From the human T2T-CHM13v2.0 reference genome, Homo sapiens, in NCBI RefSeq assembly GCF_009914755.1, contig NC_060927.1: DNA of 64,000 nt; one strand, written 5' to 3'. The notes under the pieces are model-generated. The model was not told the origin of the DNA. It saw only the letters and a program-made list of their open reading frames with translations, and ran no database searches. Every line of letters starts with the position of its first letter. The stretch's first letter is position 1. Shown one piece after another: positions 1-12,392 of the stretch. A program made the position numbers and the translations under genes.

Positions 1-258
<258 letters not shown>

Positions 259-519
259 TTACAGCCTGGAATTGTCTTGCAATACTTAACATTTTTAGAG
301 TACACATTACAGGATGTAGCTTGCCTTTGCCCATCCTTCCAAGTAGTCTCCCAGTGGATGTAGTGAGCACATTTGGAGAGCTAGGGGTGGGGAGGAGATT
401 TTCTCTCTCTCTTTTTCACTCTCTCTGTTTATAAAATAGTATCCTGGCTAGTTAAAGTTGTAACATCTTGAAACTATACAATAAAGAAATTAACACTTGG
501 TTCTCATTTTGCTACAAAT

Positions 520-1110
520 TGTGTGTGTCTACATTGGAGAACGGTTCATATTTTACCCTTTTTCAGGTGGTCTATTATTTATTGAGGTGAAGTCTAGATT
601 GCTAAAAAAATTAATGCAGTATATTTCTAAATTTTTCACTTTAATTTTGATAGTAACTGTTTCTTTATTCGGCATCTATTTTCAGTTATCATGTGAATTT
701 TGGACTCTTTTTCCTATATATTTTAATGGAAAGTAAGGAAACTTGCATTTGTGACTTCTTTCTATATGTCATTCTAAATTGTAAATTTCTGAATTCTCTT
801 TTCAGATGGCTAGGTACCATCTCAAAGAATAGTAAATTCACAGAGTCCTTCAAATCCTATTTGCAAGCTAAATGTGGTGCTATCACCAGATGATTATCAG
901 AGAGAAATCTGAAGTTTCTCAAGAATTAAAACATGGAACCATGAACCAAGATATGAGTAAAAATTTATAAACATACACCATGCTGGGAGACTGGCTAACT
1001 GTCAACATGACACCATTTCTGTAGAGATATCCCTGGCTAATAATGGATTAGTATATCTCACTTTCCTAATGAAAGCGAATTACACCGATGTTAAAACTTG
1101 GCTTTTTCAA
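520..1110 (+). mobile_element. Ancient RTE-clade LINE relic (MamRTE1/L4-like), RT domain region
   Basis: Collinear peptide remnants IFYPFSGGLL (548-577), FDSNCFFIRH...LDSFS (646-714), FRWLGTISKNS (801-833), TKI*V (945-959) and KRITP (1073-1087) follow the RTE ORF motif order; frameshifted, with stops. Confidence 0.55.
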
Positions 1111-1541
1111 GGACATGGAATCAACCTAACTGCTCATCAATAATAGACTGGATAAAAAAATGTGGTACATATACACCATGGAATACTATGCAGCCATGAA
1201 AAAGAACAAGATTATGTCCTTTGCAGGGACATGGATTCAACTGGAGGCCATTATCCTTAGCAAACTAACGTAGGAACAGAAAACCAAATATTGCATGTTC
1301 TCACTTACAAGTGGGAGCTAACTGATGAGAACACATGAGCACATAGGGGGGAATGACACACTCCGGGGCCTTTCGGAGGGTAGAGGGTGGGAGGAGGGAG
1401 AAGATCAGGAAAAATAACTAATGGGTACTAGGCTTAATACCTGGGTGATGAAATAATCTATACAAAAAAACGCCCATGACACAAGTTTACCTGTGTAACA
1501 AACCTGCACTTGTAACCCTGAACTTAAAATAAAAATTAAAA
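1111..1541 (+). mobile_element. L1 3' end, L1PA11-13-like, 5'-truncated
   Basis: ORF2 C-terminus plus 3'UTR (GGAAAAATAACTAATGGGTACTAGGCTTAATACCTGGGTGATGAAATAATC); flanks share GGCTTTTT. Confidence 0.93.
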
Positions 1542-2514
1542 AGAGTAGGCTTTTTGAAATATGCATATATTTAAACCTATTATCTTTCCATCAGTGGCTT
1601 TATTGCAACCACGTGAGACACATCCCCCTAAGTTAGGTTAAGTTTGGTCAAGATATTAAAAGAAATATTTCTCTGCCAGGGCTCTGTCATGCCTGGGCTG
1701 TGCAATGGTCACTGTCTACCATGCCCTCAGTGGGCACTCAGTTGTTATGCCTGATACTCATAGGATGGTCCTTGATTTCTAACCACTGGTATCCTATTCA
1801 CTCCTAGGCAGGCAGAAGCTGTGGTTTTTCTATATGATATTATTGAAACTTTACAGATTTGTTCCTTAACATTAGAGTGCAAAGTTTGGAAGCAATTTCT
1901 TACTATTGTAGCAAAATGAATATATGCATCTTAACCTGACATGAGAATTGACGAGATGATATGGCAAGTTGAATCCCCCTAAAATTTTAATATAGAATCT
2001 CTCAGTTTTGGCTATATTAATTTGTTTAACCCTCGAATAGAATTTTCTCAGACATATTGTGGTGAGTGGTGATTGAACATGTGAAATAAACCTCCACACT
2101 TGCAAAATAGAACATCTCATTTTCTTAGATGAAGAATTGCTCCTCATTTTTCTCAAATATTAACATGCTGAAGGGATAAGAAGGCATGACTAGCTAGTAC
2201 TGATTGTTGATGAGAATTCTCTTGGGGATCATAACTATTTCTAGATCCCTGTGGGATGTAGTGGGTGGTGTGAAGATGAGCCAATCAATCTTGAACTCTT
2301 TCCCAGTGAAAACCAAAAAGAAATGTGATCCTGATCAGTTTACTAGACAGCCTGACTGGGTGACTATTTGATAGTTATTTACATATTTGCATGCCAAGCT
2401 CTGAATGGGAGAATATGATCTCTTCTTGTCATCATTGTGAACAACCAGTAATGGGCTTAATTACACACAATGCTTGCTCAGAACCTAGTCGGAGTCGGGG
2501 TAAAGAGTAACCGT

Positions 2515-2791
<277 letters not shown>

Positions 2792-3151
2792 CTATTTTAT
2801 AAGCCAAGTAAGAGAAGCAGAAACTGGCTGAGAAATTCCTTAGGGTACACTACAAATTAGGAACAGAATTAGAATGAAAATTCATAAGCACCGAGTTTCC
2901 AGTCTGCTGCTTAGTCACTGAATCTTTCCTCTATTCAGCCTCAGTCATGGTTTTCCCTTCAGATTAAAAGACAAATTTACATATAAAAGTTGGTGCATAT
3001 AGTGTGATAGGGAACGAACACAAGCAAGAATCCCAAGTAATATTTCTAAATTTAGTTTTTGTGAATATTGCCAAATTTAGATGGTAAAAACTTATTACTT
3101 TACTTCAGATTTATTTTTTGTCTTAAAGAGGATATACGCTTTCAAAAGAAA

Positions 3152-3184
3152 AATTTGGCAATTTGGCAATTTGGCAATTTGGCA
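3152..3184. repeat. (AATTTGGC)x4 tandem repeat
   Basis: Read directly. Confidence 0.9.
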
Positions 3185-3470
3185 CTATAGTAAAGGAAGA
3201 AACAAGAATAATTTAAAAAAATTGTTTAGTTATTCCAATAATAAATTCAACATTTTATCAATTTTTTTCTTTGAACCCACAGACAGCTTTTATTATGTGT
3301 ATTCTACCAATCTTTAAACAATGCTTTGAAATTTTAAAAAGTAATTACAGAATAATATTTAATAATTATTGTGAAGCTCAAATTCAATGGTTAAAATTCT
3401 AAAAGATTGCACACAATTCTGAAAGTGAACATAGAAAATATGATATAAATTCCTAGCTTGCCATATAGGG

Positions 3471-3790
3471 GACCAGGCAAAGTGTTCTATAATCTCAGCA
3501 CCTTGGGAGGCCAAGGCAGGGAAGATCGCTTGAGGCCAGGAGTTTCAGACCAGCCTACTCAATATAGAAAGACCCTGTCCTTACAAAGAATTAAAAAAAA
3601 ATTAGCAAGGCATGGTGGTGTGTGTCTGTAGTCCCAGCTACTCAGGAGGCTGAGGCAGGAGGATCAGTTGAGCCTAGGAGGTTAAGGCTACCGTGAGCCA
3701 TGTTTGCATCACTGCACTCTAGTCTGAGCAACAGAGTGAGACCATATCTCAAAAAAAAAAAAAAAAAAAAAAAGAAAGAAAGAAAAAGAA
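3471..3790 (+). mobile_element. Alu (AluJ-like)
   Basis: Dimeric Alu with GATCGCTTGAGGCCAGGAG and a long A/(AAAG) tail. Confidence 0.95.
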
Positions 3791-4099
3791 ATTTAAATTT
3801 AATAAGGATTTCTTGAACAAGTGAACATATGTGTGTGTATATATATATGTATGGATATGTGTAGATTATATATAGATATGCTAAGATCTATATATGTATG
3901 TAGATAATATTTAATCTCTATGTGTATAAATAACTATACTTGGCTTAACTGGCTGGAAAGAGACCCAGAAATATACCAAAGTCTTCTATGGGATTCCCTA
4001 ATCTCATACTGTTACATAATAATAGTAACCATTTGTAGGTACTGATTTCTGTACACAGTACCATACAGATATAAATTCTATTTATTCGACAACTAAGAA

Positions 4100-4545
4100 A
4101 AATATGCATGATTATCTCTACTTTACAGATGATGAAAGGAAGGCTTAGAAAATTTAAGGCCAGGCGCGGTTTCCCACGCCTATAATCCCAGCATTTTGGG
4201 TGGCCGAAGCGGGTGGATCACGAGATCAGGAGTTCAAGAGCAGCCTGACCAACATGGAGAAACCCTGTCTCTACTAAAAATACAAAAAAATTAGCCAGGC
4301 ATGGTGGTGGGAGCCTATAATCTCAGCTACTTGGGAGGCTGAGGCAGAGAATTGCTTGAACCTGGGAGGCGGAGGTTGCAGTGAGCTGAGATGGCACCAC
4401 TGCACTCCAGCCTGGGTGACAGAGCGAGACTCTGTCTCAAAAAGAAAAGATAATTTAAGTGACTTGCAAACTTGCAGAAATTCATGCAGGTAGTAAGCAG
4501 CTGAATTTGAAACAAGTTCTATTTGATTCCAAAACATTCTGCTTT
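4100..4545 (-). mobile_element. MIR split by the Alu at 4158
   Basis: TTTACAGATGATGAAAGGAAGGCTTAG...AAGTGACTTGC...GTAGTAAG...TGATTCCAAA, matching the MIR core. Confidence 0.7.
4158..4448 (+). mobile_element. Alu (AluS)
   Basis: Full-length dimer; TSD-like AGA(A/T)AATTTAAG on both sides. Confidence 0.96.
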
Positions 4546-4856
4546 GCATTGATGCCCCTGCTATAAGAAAAATTAGTTGAAATAATTAATCTTCCAAATA
4601 GGAGAGTAGTGTAAGATAATATTTTCCCTTTAATCTTTCTTATAACATTTCTTAAATGAAATTTAGGTTGCTCTTTTTGACCTTTCACACATTTACAAAG
4701 ATGAAAACAAACTGATCTTTATGGAATTGACCAGTTCTTGAAGTTATTACTTTGTGGCTGCATCCAACAGTTGTAAGGAGTGATAACAAACTTTGATTTC
4801 TGAATCTTGATAGTTTAACAAGAGATTAGATACTATTATATTAAAAACCTATAATG

Positions 4857-5151
4857 GGCTGGGTGAGATGGCTCACACCTGTAACTAGCACTTTGGGAAG
4901 CCAAGGTGGGTGGACCACTTGAGCCCAGGAGTTCAAGCCCAGCCTAGGCAACATGGTGAAACCCTATCTCTACAAAAAATACAGATATTAGCTGGGCATG
5001 GTGGTGTGTGCCTGCAATCCCAGCTACTTGGGAGGCTGAGGTGGGAAGATCACCTGAGCCTGGGGAAGTCAAGGCTGCAGTGAGCTGTGACTGCGCCACT
5101 GAACTCCAGCCTGGGTGACAGAGTGAGACCCTGTCTCAAAAAAACAAAAAA
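4857..5151 (+). mobile_element. Alu (AluJ-like)
   Basis: Full dimer with CTTGAGCCCAGGAGTTC and GTCAAGGCTGCAGTGAG. Confidence 0.95.
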
Positions 5152-5424
5152 GCAAACCACATATCATGAGTGAAATTAAATTCTCTTACTAGCCAAACGC
5201 AGGGACCTATTCATAATAACATCTGAAGATTTATTCTTTCATAAATTCATGACACAGAGATACCTTTTATAGAAGGAATTGTTTTGTAAATTGTCAATAA
5301 AATAAGGGTAGAATTTTCTGAATTTTTTTTAGGTTGAAAATATACCCTCTGCTAAACCACTCTGGTCTACATATCACTTTAAAAAACAGATTTTTCTGTT
5401 CATACAATAACCAAGACAGGTGTC

Positions 5425-5550
5425 CATAATCATCTTCATTTAACAGATGAATAAATGGAAGTTTAGCAAGTTTATGACTTGTGCAAATCCTCACAGGTAG
5501 TAAGTTGTTGAATTTTAACAAACTCTATTTGATTCCAAAGCTTTCCACTT
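5425..5550 (-). mobile_element. MIR
   Basis: TTTAACAGATGAATAAATGGAAG...TGACTTG...CAGGTAGTAAG...TGATTCCAAAGC. Confidence 0.65.
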
Positions 5551-5583
5551 TCTATCAGTGGAAGCAAAGTGATTTCATTTTAG

Positions 5584-6275
<692 letters not shown>

Positions 6276-6985
6276 TTAAATTGCACATTTTAAAAGTATA
6301 TAATTTGTTAAGTTTGATATATGTGTATTCACTTGAGATCACCGCATACTTATCTTCCAGCAGCTTTTCATGCCCTTATGTAGTCCCTTCCTCTTACCTT
6401 TTTCTCTTTCCTCTCTCCCCTTTAGGCAATCACTGATCTGTTTTTTGCTGCTGCAGATGAGATTAATTTGTATTTTTTAGAATTTTATATAAATGGAAAT
6501 TTATAGTATGTATTCTTTTTTGTTTGGATACTTTCAGTATAATTATTTGAGATTCATTTTATGTTTTGGATCCGTTTATTCTGATAAACTGATTGAGTGA
6601 ATAGTTTATTCCTTTATATTGTTGAAGTAGTATTCCACTGTTATGTATTTACCACAATTTGTTTATCCATTCACTTGGTTGATAGACATTTAGGTGATCT
6701 CTAGTGTTTGGCTATTATAAATAAAACTGCTATGAACATCCATGTATAAGTTGCTGTGTGGACATAAACTTTCTTTTCTTTTGGGTAAGCACCTAGGAAT
6801 GGAATAGCTGGATCATGTTGTAGGTGTATATTTAACTTTCTAAGAAATTACCAACCTGTTTTATGCAGTTGTATAGTTTTATACTCCTACCAGTAATACA
6901 TGAGAGTTTACCAGTTTTTCTGTATACTCCTCTACATGTGAAAAGATCAGCCTTTTCAATTTTAGCCATTCTGATCTACTTGTCA
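6276..6985 (-). mobile_element. Old L1M (L1MC/ME-like) 3' region; its 3'-most piece lies at ~5580-5611
   Basis: GGCAATCACTGATCTG, TTTATCCATTCAC...GACATTTAGG and GCTATGAACATCCATGTA...GGAATGGAATAGCTGGATCAT. Confidence 0.85.
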
Positions 6986-7081
6986 TTTAAAAATAATATT
7001 AACAAATTAAACAATCTTACTTTTTGTGTGATGTCAATATTCAGAGTAGGGTAATGTTAGGTAAAAAACGTCTAAAGAATA

Positions 7082-7321
7082 GGCTGGGTGCGATGGCTCA
7101 GGTCTGCAATCCTAGCAATTTGGAAGGCTGAGAGTTCAAGACCATCCTGACCAACATGGAGAAACCCCGTTTCTACTAAAAATATAAAATTAGCCAGGCA
7201 TGGTGACACATGCCTGTAATCCCAGCTGCTTGGCAGGCTGAGGCAGGAGGATCACTTGAACCCGGGGGGTGGAGGTTGTGGTGAGCCAAGATCACACCAT
7301 TGCTCCAGCCTGGGCAACAAG

Positions 7322-7356
<35 letters not shown>
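7082..7356 (+). mobile_element. Alu (AluSp-like) with internal deletions
   Basis: GACCAACATGGAGAAACCCC; TSD TCTAAAGAATA at 7071-7081 and 7358-7368. Confidence 0.95.
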
Positions 7357-7358
<2 letters not shown>

Positions 7359-7914
7359 CTAAAGAATAAAGCTTTCCTTGACTCACAGTTATATAATACT
7401 GTGACTGACAATTATATAATATTGTCATTATATTTTATAATGGCATGAACATTTATCTTTCAAGGATTTCCAACTAAAATGACAATTAAAATCTTACTAA
7501 GTCAGAAAAAGTATTATTTATCAGTTTTCTTTTCATGGCTTAATACAGTTTTATAATTTTCTTATATAATTTTGTTAGTCTAATTTTAGGTATTTTGTAT
7601 GTTTTTTGCTATAAATATATTTTATGTTTTATATTTTTAAAATGTTATTATGTACAATAACACTATCTTATCTGGTCTCTTTGATAACTCATTTTTTTCA
7701 ATGGCTTATCTATAGATTCACTTGCATTTTTCATGTAGGCAATCATTTTGCCTACATGATAGGCAACCCTAAAAATGATAATTTTTTCTTTTTCCTAATC
7801 TTATATCTCTTATTTCTTCTTATTTTACATTGCATTGAAATTAAATGCTTTTGCTAAGGGAAAAATTATTAAGGTTATCTTATTAGCATTCATTTTGGAT
7901 CAAATAGCCATGTA

Positions 7915-8110
7915 GTATGATGCCCTTCCAAGACATGAATTCTAATTTAAGCTGCTTATTATCTGCATAATCTTGAGCATGTAATTTATTTAACTGAGCC
8001 TCAATTTCCTCATCTGAGAATAGGGATAATAAAAATATTTGCTAGCCCACTATTAGGATGTTGTGAAGATCAAATGAAATAAAATATGAGAAAACAAGTT
8101 TTAAACTATG
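7915..8110 (+). mobile_element. MIR
   Basis: CTGAGCCTCAATTTCCTCATCTGAGAATAGGGATAATA...TGTTGTGAAGATCAAATGA. Confidence 0.8.
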
Positions 8111-9770
8111 ATATGACATGCAGGAATTAAATTATATACTTATTATGGAGGAGCTATTACATATGTTTCCTTGGGGTTATTTTAAGGAAGCTATGTTATC
8201 CCTAAATAAGTTTACAAATAATCATTAGCCTATGTAAGAACTATTTTTACTCAGTGATCAGTTCAGAGCCAGCTATAAAAAAATTTAGCATGAGAAATTA
8301 ATATAAATAATGAGAAAATCATAACAGTTTGGGGTTTCAGCAAAATGGTGAAAATTTGAAAAAAGTAAGTTATATTCATAAATGTATCATTATATGTTAG
8401 AATGCTTTTGAGAATAAGTCAATGCCTTAGGTTAGAAATTAGGTCATATGAAAACCTAAAATAGGAAATCTGGTTATTATAAATGACATATATTGAACAC
8501 AATCATCATCGTGTACTTATATTTTGGCAGTCTGTAAGAGTTCTACTGGTAGCTAGACTGCATATTAAGTAGTTTTTTCTTTTTCTTATAAGGAAAAATG
8601 TATATAGAAAAAATATAAAGCCACATACTGTAGCTCAATGAATGAGTTAATACTGAATTACTCATCAGAATGGTGATCAATAAATTGTTCTGATCTTTGA
8701 AGTAAAACTTGCATTCTGATTCTTGAACATTCACTCTTGTTGATCAAAGGCAAACTAGTTATCAAGAGAAGAAAGAAAAACTAGGTCAAAAGGTGAAAAA
8801 CAAAATGGGGAACAAACTGAAAGTATCTCTCTTTCTTAGCTCATTAGTTAATCCTGTGCTGTCTTCTAAATCATATCTTAAATGTTTTTATTTATTGCAA
8901 GATGCCATCGATTATACTAGTTTTCCATCAATTTGAACTTATAACAGTGAACTTGATGTAATTCTTGCCACTCAGAATCTACCCAGATTTTATAACTTAT
9001 TTTCTCATTACTATTATATGTTCATGCAACATGAATAAAATAATTGAACACTAATTTTAAAGTTAGGCATATACACCCAATTCCATGGTAGACAGTGTTC
9101 AAGCAAATAGCACATAATTTTGTCCTTGAGGGCCAGAAACTCTAAATATTTCCTGAGTTTGAGTTACCTTTGACTTTTTCAAAGTGTATGTGAGTCAATG
9201 TGTGTTACAGGAGGAGAAGAAAGAAAAGAGAAATCAGGAAGGTGTGCTGACAGGGAAGTCAACGCTCATGGAGATGAATGTGGCTACCAGCTGTGCTGTC
9301 TCGAGTTTGAGCTATGGAGAATGATGTGTACACATGACTTGGATGTTCAGCTTAAGGTTTCCAGATTAATTGGTAGATTGATGCTACTTGCTGAATAATG
9401 TTGTTTTGGAAGATCCTAAACAAGGAATCACCGTAATTAAACTATGAAATCCTGTATAGTTTCAATCTTTTCTATTATTTCTTCCAATTATTTTTACAAG
9501 ACTTTTCTCAGTCTTTCATTTACCTTATTTCTACCATCTATTGACTTTCATCCATGTCTTTCATTTCTTTGATGATTTTTGCATATTGTTCAGAATTTTC
9601 TTCTTTATTTTGCACTCTCATCATTATCTCTGTGCTTAACTCATACAAAAATAGACTTAAATTTTCTAGATCACTTAAATTTGCCTAAGTTGTATCTTCA
9701 GTTCATTTCAGCCATGGATTGACCACCATAATCCCTTAGATCATGTCAACATTTGGAACATCTGAATATC

Positions 9771-9831
9771 TTTTTTTTTTTTTTTTTTTTTTTTTTTATT
9801 ATACTCTAAGTTTTAGGGTACATGTGCACAT
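9771..9831 (-). mobile_element. Ultra-short L1Hs-type insertion (~34 nt of L1 plus T27)
   Basis: T27-ATTATACTCTAAGTTTTAGGGTACATGTGCACAT between perfect TSDs ACATCTGAATATCTT (9758-9772 and 9828-9842). Confidence 0.92.
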
Positions 9832-10379
9832 CTGAATATCTTAAACTAGCAACTTCCCTCATCACAATCTCCTTGGTTTCATTCCTTTGACTCCTTCACT
9901 TCTTCTACCATCTTATAGCTTCTGAAAGTATTTGTTCCTCTCATTGTGACTTTTGATCCTTTGAATCCTTAGTTGTCTCTTAATATATTTCCTGTTCTAT
10001 GCCTTACCATTCTGTCTGTGCAGAATGTTCTCCACCTATTGAAATATCCTTCAGCACCCACAGATCATTGTGAACATCATTTACCTGAAGCATTCTCTGA
10101 TCTCATCAGTTACAATTAAAAAATACAACTTTACATCTATTAGGTGTTTTTCCCTGTAATATTTTATTTTATCACAACAACCTTGTGAATTATATTTCAT
10201 CTATTTTATAGAAAGTTAGTAAATGGCAGAGCTGGGTGTATGAGTAAAGTTTTATTCCTTATTCAGTGCTCTTTCTGCTACCTCAGTGTGCCAGAAGCAA
10301 AGCCTCAGAATTCATTTAGTACATCATTTGCATTGTTCAATGACACAATGGATATTGGTTTATAATGTAGCTATTTTTA

Positions 10380-10520
10380 TACCTGTAAGAATGCCTGCTT
10401 TTATTTTGTAAGCTTGAGATAATGTCTTAATTTCTTTTAGAGTCTCAAGAGTCTGGCCCAGTGCCTTAAACATAGAATGTGCTCAATATATATTTGTTGA
10501 ATAGATGAACAAATTAATTA
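10380..10520 (+). mobile_element. L2 3' end
   Basis: TTGTAAGCTTGAG...CCCAGTGCC...GTGCTCAATATATATTTGTTGAATAGATGAA. Confidence 0.75.
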
Positions 10521-12029
10521 CGGGACAGTACAAAAGATAGAGTGTTGGAAGCCAGAGCCAGGATGCAGAGCAACATGCTTTGCACAATACTATTTTGTAA
10601 GTAAAACAATTAAGGCTTAAAGAGGGCAAAAGGTTTCTTAGGGTCACATCACAAATTAGGAACAGAATTAAAAAGAAAATGCAGAGGCCCTGAGGTTCCA
10701 CTCTGCTGCTTAGTCACTGAATCTTCTTTTCAGCTTTCAGTCATGGCTCTCCCTCTACATTGAAAGAAAGATTCGCTTATGGAAAATGGTGCATGTAGTG
10801 TGACGGGGAATGAGAGTCTGGCCCCATGACATTTCCATACAACCTTAACAAGATCAGCTATGTGCAGCATCTTTATCAGTTTTTCCCATTTCATGATCTT
10901 TCAGGTTAAAGTACTGTCTTCACTTCAATTTATTCCCATAACTATAGGGATGTTATGAAGATTAGTGATGCAAGACACATAATATCCTGTAAGCTTCATA
11001 GCAGAAAGATATTACATAAATACAAAGCATGATTATTTCTGCCACCAGCAACAAGACTAGGTTTACCAACACATAGTGCACAGGCAGCTGAGCCACCAGC
11101 AGATGATATATATATTTTTTCTCTACATGAATTAAAGTAGAAAAGATTTCCCTTGGGATATTTGGATCATTTACCCCACTTAAGTGTTTTCTTTAGCTGG
11201 GGAGTAGGGAGGTGGGGGTGGTGTTCGTGTTAAAGGGAGATTGTTAGAAGTGATATTCATTTCAGATTAAAACATGCATAGACAGCCAAACAGGAAAATT
11301 AGTATAAAGAAATAAATACAAAATAATAAGAATATGTGAAAAATCTAGTCTTGTTTGTCCTTTTGTTTCTTGTGATGTTAGGTTTATTCTGAAACACAGT
11401 ATTATCAAATACATTGAGTTTGGTTGGACTAAAAAGAAAGATTATGACGTCTTTTGGGAGAAACTTCTGCATCAATAGAGAAATGATAGAATTGAGAGTA
11501 GATTATAAGAAACATTTTATTCAAATAGTTTTGTATGAAATCAGTGATATCACTTGATTTGTTATGATTCACAGTTCCCATGTCTGGAAGAGATGTAATT
11601 CTACCACTTAACAGATCAGACAATAATATTTAGTAATGGAAAATGGAGATCACCTTTGTTCTACTTCTGTTTAATGCATATGTCGGTGTTCTGGCATTTT
11701 TATATGAACTAACTTTAAACTTCAGCTGTAGTGGAAAAGTTACCTATCTACTTCTTGATGACATGGTTGGATGGCTCCATGATGCAAATGGTCCTAGAAT
11801 TTACCATCAGGAAGACTGACACAATGTTAACTAGGAAAAGTGAAATATCACCTGAAAAGAATATACTCGTAAAGTTAGAACAGTGACTACTAAAATATCT
11901 CTATATACCTAGTTCATGTGCACAATAATCTGGGCTTATATTTACAGCTAACCGTCTCTGGAATGCTAGTGGCAAAGTAAGTGGCTCACAGTCATTATCC
12001 CTTGGAGGTGTTACTGAGATTTTTCTGTG

Positions 12030-12392
12030 GCAACTAAAAACTGGAAGAGTCTGTTTTGTACAGTTTCCAGGTTGATGTTAGACTAATTCCATCACGTGGA
12101 AATCTGGATACGAATTGAATAGTTGTCTAATTACTGATGGTGAACCACAGCTGTTTTCTGGGGAGAGTACCAGCTTTGCTTCTCTTCCATAAGGAGATAT
12201 GTGGGCCTTTCATAGAAGGAGAATCTTGCATAGGCTCTTCAGGTAACATTAAAATTGTAGCAGTTCTACCTGTTCATCTGGAAGCCAAGAGATGTAGATG
12301 TTTCTTCAAACATCAGTAGGTGTTATCCTGTTATCCAGTCTGTCCTTATTTTTCTGCAGCAGATAATGCCATTTGCATGGCATGTGTTAGAT
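12030..12392 (-). mobile_element. Possible ancient RTE-clade LINE relic (ORF C-terminal part)
   Basis: Minus-strand remnants CCRKIRTDW / RITPTDV / RPTYLL / STWKLYKTDSS in RTE C-terminal order. Confidence 0.35.

Noticed and set aside
8635-8700. snoRNA-like stretch with CTGA motifs and a short hairpin
   Set aside because: No canonical RTGATGA C box or terminal stem.
11198-11222. G-rich patch as a G-quadruplex
   Set aside because: Only three runs of three or more G.
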